Assembly: GCA_964573185.1 (NCBI GenBank)
Contig: CAZNIQ010000001.1
Location: forward strand, 7,861 to 14,811
Direction of reading: 5' to 3'
Length of the DNA stretch: 6,951 nucleotides
DNA from: Candidatus Woesearchaeota archaeon
Lineage (GTDB): Archaea; Nanobdellota; Nanobdellia; Nanobdellales; CAZNIQ01
The stretch's first letter is position 1. Each line of letters opens with the position of its first letter. A program made the position numbers and the translations under genes. Below, one piece after another: positions 1 to 5,719 of this stretch. The notes under the pieces were generated by a model. That model worked only from the letters and a program-made list of their open reading frames with translations. It was not told the origin of the DNA and ran no database searches.

Positions 1-690
1 TTCTTTCTGATAGTTTCATTATTAGCTTTAGCAGATTCAATTAATCCCTGTATGATATCCTTAATGATTATTATGATAGCAAATTTGTTTTCCTTAGGTT
101 TAGATAAAAAGAAAATTTTAATTCGAGCAGCAATATTCACAGCTGTTGTCTATTTAACTTATTTGGCTTTAGGTATTTTGATTTTCTTGGGCTGGTCATA
201 TCTTTATGCTGTTTCGATTGCAGCACAAGTCTTTAATATTCTAAAATTAATATTAGTTCTAGTTTTATTTATTTCTGGAATAATAAATATTATTGATGCT
301 TTTAGAGAAAAAGCCGTTTTTGCTGTTCCAGAGAGTGCTAAAGGAAAAATTCAAAGCTTGATGGTAACAATATCCGTTATAGCAACAATTCTATTAGCAG
401 TTTTTGTTACATTAGTAGAATTGCCTTGCACTGGTATATTCTATTTAGGCTTAATTGCAGTCCTACATTCTATTTTCAAGTCCTTAATAAAATCTTTACC
501 TATTTTAATTTACTATAACGCTTTGTTCATTTTACCTGAAATATTAATTACTTTATCTGTTTGGAAAGGAGCTGAGTATAAAAAGTTATATGATTTCTAT
601 AGGGAGCATAGAAAAGAAATGAGGTTATTAGAGGGTATACTATTAATCATAATGGCTTTATTTGTTTACTTATTCGTTAAAATAGGATGA
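1..690 (+). CDS. CcdA/DsbD-superfamily integral membrane thiol:disulfide transfer protein (5' partial, continues off the left edge)
   Basis: The frame of ORF 52..690 stays open back to nt 1 (FFLIVSLLALADSINPC|MISLM...), so ATG-52 is probably an artefact of the ATG-start rule. A conserved-looking NPC motif sits at nt 43-51 and a second membrane-embedded Cys lies in ELPCTG (Cys codon 427-429). Two Pro-Cys motifs in hydrophobic helices are the hallmark of CcdA/DsbD-type proteins. The protein is strongly hydrophobic with multiple predicted helices. Confidence 0.7.
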   Translation, partial: FFLIVSLLALADSINPCMISLMIIMIANLFSLGLDKKKILIRAAIFTAVVYLTYLALGILIFLGWSYLYAVSIAAQVFNILKLILVLVLFISGIINIIDAFREKAVFAVPESAKGKIQSLMVTISVIATILLAVFVTLVELPCTGIFYLGLIAVLHSIFKSLIKSLPILIYYNALFILPEILITLSVWKGAEYKKLYDFYREHRKEMRLLEGILLIIMALFVYLFVKIG

Positions 691-1490
691 AAGAATATTT
701 GCGATTTATAATTCCTTTAATTATAGCATTTATAATTTTAGCACCCTTTTTTGCTAACATAATAAAAGTAATAAAAAAAGCTGAAAATAATTATGAACAA
801 ACAGAAAATGCTACTATTAATATCATAGAAAATAAAAGCTTTGATATCTGGCAAGGAAAACCGAAAATTTGGTATTGTGATAGAGTTTTAATAATTACGA
901 AAAAGGATTATAGACCTCCGGAAAATGTTTTAGAAGAATTCTTTAATCCAAACGGAAATTTATCAAAATTAGGCGAAAAAATTAATCCGATACCAGTAGA
1001 ATATTCTTGCAGACCTGATGTTAGTAGATGTTTTTATGGAGGAAAAGTTTGCTTTAAGCATGCTGTTAAAGGTGATGGTTATATAATTGAGTGGGGAATG
1101 TATTTCTGTCATAATGGAACAGAAATAGAAATGGAATGTAAAGAACCAAAATATTGTTTAATTTACTTTACTGGAATAGGATGTCCACACTGTGCCTTAA
1201 CAGATCCATTCTTATTTTATGGAATTTTAGAGTGGAACGGTAAAAAATATGTTTTTAAAGAAAAAGAAAACACTATTGTAGTTGAATATGAAATTTATAA
1301 GGAAGGAAAATATAATGCAAAAGTTTTTGATAAATATTTAGAAATCTTCTTTAAGCCTGAAGAAAGATGGTGGTATGCCGGAGTACCACATATTTTCATA
1401 AATAAAAACAAGGTTATTGTTGGAGACATACCGATTTTAGAAAAATTAAATAAAGAAATTAGATTTTCTACTTGTTCATTTATTAAATAA
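687..1490 (+). CDS. Membrane-anchored, cysteine-rich thioredoxin-fold protein with a CPHC (CxxC) active-site motif
   Basis: There is an N-terminal hydrophobic anchor (FIIPLIIAFIILAPFFANII). LIYFTGIGCPHCALTDP (CPHC at nt 1182-1193) has the beta-strand, CxxC, helix pattern of thioredoxin/DsbA-like oxidoreductases. Eight further Cys precede it. The ATGA start/stop overlap with the upstream CcdA-like gene (687-690) suggests translational coupling. Confidence 0.65.
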   Translation: MKEYLRFIIPLIIAFIILAPFFANIIKVIKKAENNYEQTENATINIIENKSFDIWQGKPKIWYCDRVLIITKKDYRPPENVLEEFFNPNGNLSKLGEKINPIPVEYSCRPDVSRCFYGGKVCFKHAVKGDGYIIEWGMYFCHNGTEIEMECKEPKYCLIYFTGIGCPHCALTDPFLFYGILEWNGKKYVFKEKENTIVVEYEIYKEGKYNAKVFDKYLEIFFKPEERWWYAGVPHIFINKNKVIVGDIPILEKLNKEIRFSTCSFIK

Positions 1491-2354
1491 AGCAATTGTT
1501 TCAATTATTAATTTTGCAGCAAAGTTCTCACAGAATTCCTGAGGATATAGCTCAACAACGTCAAAGGCTATCAAATCCACAAAATCTTTTATTTCTTTTA
1601 TGATTTTAAAATAGTGGAAAGGTCTTATTCCAAAAGGTTCTAGCCAATGTCCACAGCCGGTATCAAAAACATCTAGATCTATTGAAATATAAACTTTTTT
1701 CTCTTTAATTTTTTCTCTTATTTTTTCAATAACATTATTTATATTATCCCAAATTTCATAAGGTGTAAAATATAGTATTTTATTTTCTTCTAAGAATTCT
1801 TTTTCTCTGAAAGACCAGTTTGAGATTCCAATGAAGATTACATTTTCTGGTTCAATTATTCTTTCCTTTATTAAATAATACATAAAGCTTTGATAATTTA
1901 CATAAGGGTCTGGCTCACAATCCGGGTGGGCATCGAAATATAATAAAGCAAAATCATGGTTTTCTTTCATTAATTTCAAAATCGGATACGTTATCGAATG
2001 GTCTCCACCAAGGAATACGTACTTCTTATCTTTTCTATAAATTTTCTTTATCTCTTGATAAATTCTTTCATATAATTCTTCTAAATTTTTAATATCTTCC
2101 AATTCCAAATCACCATAATCAAAAATTTCTTCATAATTAACTTTTCCAAATATGGGGTCAAAAATTCTATAGGAAGCATCTCTAATAGCTTCCGGACCTT
2201 CTAAATAATTTTTAACTTTAGATAAGCTTCCTAATTCAGAAGGTATCCCAACTATAATCCATTTGGCTTTTTCAAAGGATTCTGCTTGGGCGTGTGCGAA
2301 CATTAGATATCTAGGGCTTGCATATATAAACATTATATCTTGGATTTTCCCCAA
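1476..2354 (-). CDS. Ureohydrolase family protein (agmatinase/arginase-like)
   Basis: The family signature motifs occur in the correct order: FLGGDHSITYP, YFDAHPD and SIDLDVFD (Mn-ligand His/Asp clusters). The start is uncertain. The annotated ATG at 2354 overlaps the upstream gene by 44 nt, and in-frame ATGs at 2333 and 2303 are alternatives. The 3' end overlaps the convergent gene by 15 nt. Confidence 0.85.
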   Translation of the reverse strand: MGKIQDIMFIYASPRYLMFAHAQAESFEKAKWIIVGIPSELGSLSKVKNYLEGPEAIRDASYRIFDPIFGKVNYEEIFDYGDLELEDIKNLEELYERIYQEIKKIYRKDKKYVFLGGDHSITYPILKLMKENHDFALLYFDAHPDCEPDPYVNYQSFMYYLIKERIIEPENVIFIGISNWSFREKEFLEENKILYFTPYEIWDNINNVIEKIREKIKEKKVYISIDLDVFDTGCGHWLEPFGIRPFHYFKIIKEIKDFVDLIAFDVVELYPQEFCENFAAKLIIETIALFNK

Positions 2355-2898
2355 TTAGAAATACTTCTTTAAAAGTGGTTTTTAACTTTCTGTAATATAA
2401 TGCCTTAAATTTCTTTGGAACAACTATCTGAAAAATACCATTCTTCTTTAAATGTTCTCTAGCTCCCTCTATAAACTTAAAAACAATATCTTTTCCAGCA
2501 GAGTATGGTGGATTTGTTATTATTGTATCAAACTTTTTATCTTTTACAGGTTCATAAACATCTCCTTGTAATACTATGCAATCAACATTATTTAATTTAC
2601 AGTTTAATTTTGCCAATTCAACAGCTTTTGGATTTATATCTACCATATATACTTTGCAGGAAGGACATAATTTCTTAACAACAATTCCAATAACACCATA
2701 ACCACATCCCAAATCCAATACCTCCCAATTATCTAAAATTAACATGCTCTCAATAAGAAGCCTTGTTCCCTCATCTATTTTATCTTTTGAAAAGACTTCT
2801 GATGAAGTATAAAGCTTTATTTTTACTCCTCTTACAATATCTTCTATTAATTTTAATTCTAATGGTTTCTCAGGTTTATTTGTGAAATAATGAGTCAT
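2311..2898 (-). CDS. Class I SAM-dependent methyltransferase, RsmC/MJ0882-like small-domain family (NPPY type)
   Basis: SAM motif I is VLDLGCGYGVIG and catalytic motif IV is IITNPPY. The length (195 aa) and the N-terminal segment (VRGVKIKLYTSSEVFSKDKIDEGTRLL) resemble the archaeal MJ0882 / bacterial 16S rRNA m2G methyltransferase family as I recall it. It overlaps the upstream gene by 23 nt. Confidence 0.85.
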   Translation of the reverse strand: MTHYFTNKPEKPLELKLIEDIVRGVKIKLYTSSEVFSKDKIDEGTRLLIESMLILDNWEVLDLGCGYGVIGIVVKKLCPSCKVYMVDINPKAVELAKLNCKLNNVDCIVLQGDVYEPVKDKKFDTIITNPPYSAGKDIVFKFIEGAREHLKKNGIFQIVVPKKFKALYYRKLKTTFKEVFLIGENPRYNVYICKP

Positions 2899-3814
2899 AA
2901 TCTTTTATTAACTCTTGTAAGTCTATATTTCTTTTTTTCAAGTATTTTAGTAACATTAGGAAAGTGTGAATACCATCAGGAATATAATACCAGCTTTTAA
3001 ATCCAAATTTGTATCCATCAACATAAAACTTTGCCTTTTTAGATATAGCAACATTATGGGGATTATCTGTTACAATTATATCTACCCTTTGTGCTAGTAC
3101 TTTTAATAATTTTTCAGGAAAATCTGGAGTAACAACTATTAGTTCTCTTCTTTTGCATAATATTTCTACAAAAATATATGTTAATAATTTATAGTCTAGA
3201 AATCTTTCTTTGGTATAAATGCCAATCTGATCAGCATCTGGATCTAGAACTATGTAGAAATCTCCGTTAAAATTAGTTAAATTGGTTAACTCTACGGTTA
3301 ACTCATGGTTAAATTGGTTAACTTGATCGTTAACCCAGTTAACTTCGTTAAATAATTGGTTAAGTAACGGTTTTAAGTAAATACCCGTACCGCCGTTAGG
3401 GTCTACAGTTATAGAATAATCGAACTTCTGGAACTTACCTTTTAAGGCGTTAAGATAAATAGGCTTTATATCTAAAACCATAATATCCTTCTTTTCTTCA
3501 TTATAATAATCTGAAGGTTTTGGTTCGAAGTTTCTATAGTAATATTTGTAGATAAATTTGAATCCCGTGATATCTTTTGATAAACTTGATCCTGTAATCA
3601 TAAGTACAGGTATATTTTTTCTTATAGAAGCAAAGAAAGCCATTGGCGTTGAAATAATCTTAAAATCAATAACTGCCGGTTTTATATATTTTAAAATTTC
3701 CTTTTTTACTTCAATAGAAATATTTCTTGTATCAGTGCCTACTCCAATTATATCGTAATCGTTTAGAAAACCAACTATATTTTTTACTTCTTTTACACTC
3801 TTAATTACTAGCAT
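2876..3814 (-). CDS. alpha-D-phosphohexomutase (PGM/PMM)-like protein, short and with degenerate catalytic motifs
   Basis: MITGSSLSKDITGFKF aligns by eye to the phosphoserine loop MITASHNPxxYNGxKF. VDPNGGTG resembles the domain II Dxx(N)GxG motif. VLDPDADQIG resembles the metal loop DGDxDR. At 312 aa it lacks the C-terminal domain IV, and there is no GEESG or RxSGTEP motif. A TATA-like box lies 26 nt upstream of the ATG. Confidence 0.55.
   Translation of the reverse strand: MLVIKSVKEVKNIVGFLNDYDIIGVGTDTRNISIEVKKEILKYIKPAVIDFKIISTPMAFFASIRKNIPVLMITGSSLSKDITGFKFIYKYYYRNFEPKPSDYYNEEKKDIMVLDIKPIYLNALKGKFQKFDYSITVDPNGGTGIYLKPLLNQLFNEVNWVNDQVNQFNHELTVELTNLTNFNGDFYIVLDPDADQIGIYTKERFLDYKLLTYIFVEILCKRRELIVVTPDFPEKLLKVLAQRVDIIVTDNPHNVAISKKAKFYVDGYKFGFKSWYYIPDGIHTFLMLLKYLKKRNIDLQELIKDYDSLFHK
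3266..3363. repeat. Phased array of ten GTTAA motifs (five are full GTTAAC palindromes) inside the CDS
   Basis: GTTAA starts at 3266, 3276, 3285, 3297, 3308, 3317, 3329, 3338, 3347 and 3359. The spacings are 10, 9, 12, 11, 9, 12, 9, 9 and 12 nt, mean about 10.3. GTTAAC occurs at 3285, 3297, 3317, 3329 and 3338. The longer unit ATTGGTTAA recurs at 3281, 3313 and 3355. Confidence 0.8.
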
Positions 3815-3835
3815 TTTTTCTTAAAGGAACAAATA

Positions 3836-3843
3836 AATATAAA
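3836..3843 (-). promoter_or_regulatory. TATA-like box (TTTATATT on the minus strand) for the 2876..3814 gene
   Basis: The minus strand reads CTGA-TTTTATATTTATTTGTTCCTTTAAGAAAAA-ATG. The box centre is about 26 nt upstream of the ATG at 3814, which is typical archaeal spacing for a leaderless mRNA. Confidence 0.5.
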
Positions 3844-3844
3844 A

Positions 3845-3894
3845 TCAGCGAAGCAGAGACGTCATCACCCTGCAGCTGTCCTCGGCTTCATCAC
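3845..3894 (-). ncRNA. Box C/D sRNA (2'-O-methylation guide)
   Basis: The minus strand reads GTGATGA (C, 3894-3888), AGCCGAGGACAG (12 nt), CTGC (degenerate D', 3875-3872), AGG, GTGATGA (C', 3868-3862), CGTCTCTGCTTCG (13 nt), CTGA (D, 3848-3845). It is a GC-rich island in an AT-rich intergenic region. Confidence 0.7.
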
Positions 3895-3898
3895 CATT

Positions 3899-3906
3899 TT
3901 TATAAA
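3899..3906 (+). promoter_or_regulatory. TATA box (TTTATAAA) for the reverse gyrase helicase-half gene
   Basis: TTTATAAA is centred about 26 nt upstream of the ATG at 3929. No Shine-Dalgarno-like purine tract intervenes, which is consistent with a leaderless transcript. Confidence 0.55.
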
Positions 3907-3928
3907 GTTTTCAAGTTTTTTAGCTTTA

Positions 3929-5719
3929 ATGGAAAGAATCGCTATATTCAATTGGCAATGCCCAAATTGTGGTGGTTCCATTTCTAATGATCGTTTAGAA
4001 ATCTATGCTCCTTGTGAAAAATGTTTGGATGTTCCCATTGAAAAATTAAGGGAATTATTTAATAAATTACCTAGAGAAGAATATCTTAAAACAATTGTAA
4101 AACTTTTAGAGGAAAGAGGAAAGTTAAAAGATTATAAAAAATTATATGAATTGGAATTAAAGGTAAAGGAATTTGAGGAATTCTTTAAAAAAGCTGTCGG
4201 GTCTAAACCCTGGTCTGCTCAAAGAACCTGGTTTATAAGAGTCTTAAAAAAAGAATCCTTTTCTATAACAGCTCCAACAGGAATGGGAAAAACCACTTGG
4301 GGTTCGGTAATGGCTATATACTTAGCTCATAAGGAAGGAAAGAAATGCTATATTGTTTTACCTACAAGGATTTTGGTAAAACAGGTTTATGAAAGAATAC
4401 AGAAATTCCTAGAGAATTTAGGGATTCTAGATATAGAGGTTCTAGCTTATTTAAAAACTTCTCAAAAGTTAAAGAAGCAAATTCAGGAAGGAAAATTTGA
4501 TATTTTAATTACTTCTAACCAATTTTTAGCAAGGAATTTTGAAATCCTAAAAGACAAACATTTTGGTTTTGTATTTGTAGATGATGTTGATGCTTTACTA
4601 AAAGCTTCTAAAAATATTGACAGAACTTTACAATTAATTGGTTTCAAAGAAGAGCATATTAACTTGGCTTGGGAAATTATTAAATTGAAATTACAAATAG
4701 CTAAAACAAAAGATCAAAAGAAAATTGAAGAACTTGCTAACAAGATTAAAGAACTAAAAGATAAGTTAGAAGAAGAGAAAAAGAAGTTAGATTTAGGTGT
4801 TTTAGTTTTATCCTCCGCTACAGGAAAAGCTAGGGGATTGAGAGTTAGATTATACAGAGAACTATTGAATTTTGAGATTGGAGCTTCGAAGGTTTCTATA
4901 AGAAATATAATTGATGTTTATAAATATCCTGAAAAAGATATAAAAGAAGAAGTTTTGGAATTAGTCAAAAAGCTTGAGGATGGTATTTTGATATTTGTAA
5001 CTACAGATCAAGGAAAGGATTTTGCAGTAGAACTTGCGGAATATCTTAAAAATCATGGAATAAAAGCGGAAGCTGCGATCGCAGGGAAAACTGATGTTAT
5101 AGAGAAATTTGCAAAGGAAGAATTAAATGTTCTCGTTGGAGTAGCCCATTACTACGGTACTATAGTTAGAGGATTAGATCTTCCACATAGGGTAAAATAT
5201 GCTATATTCACTGGAGTTCCAAGATTTAGATTTAGTGCTAAGGTTGAAGAAACGGATCCTAGAAGAATATTGCTATTATTAAGAACGTTATTAGATTTCT
5301 TACCTGAAGAATATAAGGAAGAAGCTGAAAAAGTATTTAGAAAACTTGCAGATAATCTCAAAAAAACAAGTCCCGCAGCTATTACAGAAGTTAAAAAAGC
5401 TATTGAGGAAAATAGGAAATTAGAAGGTTTTCTAGGATATTTACAGGAATTAACGTTAAGAGCTAAGGAAATTTGTAAAAAAGCGTTATCTGATGAAAGA
5501 GTGATAAAGAAAATAGAGGAATATCCATATTTAGCTTTAGAAAGAAAAGACGATACTTTATATATCTTAATTCCTGATGTAAAAACTTATATACAGGCTT
5601 CTGGAAGAACCTCAAGATTATATGCAGGAGGCATTACAAAAGGTTTGTCAATAGTTTTGGTAGATAACGAAAAATTGTTAAAAGGCTTGATGCAAGCTCT
5701 AAAGTGGATAGAGTATTAA
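3929..5719 (+). CDS. rgy: Reverse gyrase, N-terminal zinc-finger plus helicase-like half only (split reverse gyrase)
   Basis: There is an N-terminal zinc ribbon CPNC-x14-CEKC. The SF2 helicase motifs are present: APTGMGKTT (nt 4271-4297), DDVD (4580-4591), SSATG, VRGLDLP and QASGRTSR. The ORF ends at aa 596 (...LKWIEY*). No topoisomerase IA domain follows, and the next gene is convergent and overlaps the stop. Confidence 0.9.
   Translation: MERIAIFNWQCPNCGGSISNDRLEIYAPCEKCLDVPIEKLRELFNKLPREEYLKTIVKLLEERGKLKDYKKLYELELKVKEFEEFFKKAVGSKPWSAQRTWFIRVLKKESFSITAPTGMGKTTWGSVMAIYLAHKEGKKCYIVLPTRILVKQVYERIQKFLENLGILDIEVLAYLKTSQKLKKQIQEGKFDILITSNQFLARNFEILKDKHFGFVFVDDVDALLKASKNIDRTLQLIGFKEEHINLAWEIIKLKLQIAKTKDQKKIEELANKIKELKDKLEEEKKKLDLGVLVLSSATGKARGLRVRLYRELLNFEIGASKVSIRNIIDVYKYPEKDIKEEVLELVKKLEDGILIFVTTDQGKDFAVELAEYLKNHGIKAEAAIAGKTDVIEKFAKEELNVLVGVAHYYGTIVRGLDLPHRVKYAIFTGVPRFRFSAKVEETDPRRILLLLRTLLDFLPEEYKEEAEKVFRKLADNLKKTSPAAITEVKKAIEENRKLEGFLGYLQELTLRAKEICKKALSDERVIKKIEEYPYLALERKDDTLYILIPDVKTYIQASGRTSRLYAGGITKGLSIVLVDNEKLLKGLMQALKWIEY

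Noticed and set aside
52-54. ATG-52 as the true start of the first membrane protein
   Set aside because: The frame is open to nt 1, and the upstream 17 codons encode a hydrophobic helix ending in the conserved-looking NPC motif. The gene almost certainly begins beyond the window.
1295-1504. 69-aa minus-strand ORF from the six-frame track
   Set aside because: It lies antisense within the well-supported CPHC-protein CDS and overlaps the ureohydrolase 3' end. It has low-complexity AT-driven composition, no recognisable motifs and no promoter-like context, so it is a shadow ORF.
2800-2805. TGATGA on the plus strand, antisense to the methyltransferase gene
   Set aside because: No CTGA lies 10-13 nt downstream and there is no second box pair.
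3227-3234. A second copy of the CTGATCAG palindrome seen at the sRNA junction
   Set aside because: No RTGATGA boxes lie at about 12-nt spacing on either side. It sits in ordinary coding sequence, so it is treated as coincidental.
3558-3758. 66-aa plus-strand ORF
   Set aside because: It lies entirely antisense inside the phosphohexomutase-like CDS. Its hydrophobic, I/F/S-rich sequence is typical of the antisense frame of AT-rich genes, so it is a shadow ORF.
3845-3894. GC-rich islands (this one and 6217-6312) as split-tRNA halves or tRNA genes, given the nanoarchaeal flavour of the window
   Set aside because: There is no T-arm GTTCRAATC-type motif, no acceptor or anticodon stem pairing, and no long GC-rich complementary leader. 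The islands parse cleanly as C/D box modules instead.
4580-4591. GATGATGTTGAT, a C-box-like string on the plus strand
   Set aside because: It encodes the helicase DDVD motif II, and no CTGA follows at about 12 nt.
5152-5361. 69-aa minus-strand ORF
   Set aside because: It is antisense to the conserved helicase motif VI region of reverse gyrase. It has no independent signals, so it is a shadow ORF.
5490-5512. CTGATGAAAGAGTGATAAAG, overlapping D-like and C-like strings
   Set aside because: No correctly spaced partner D or C' boxes are present. It lies within the reverse gyrase coding sequence.
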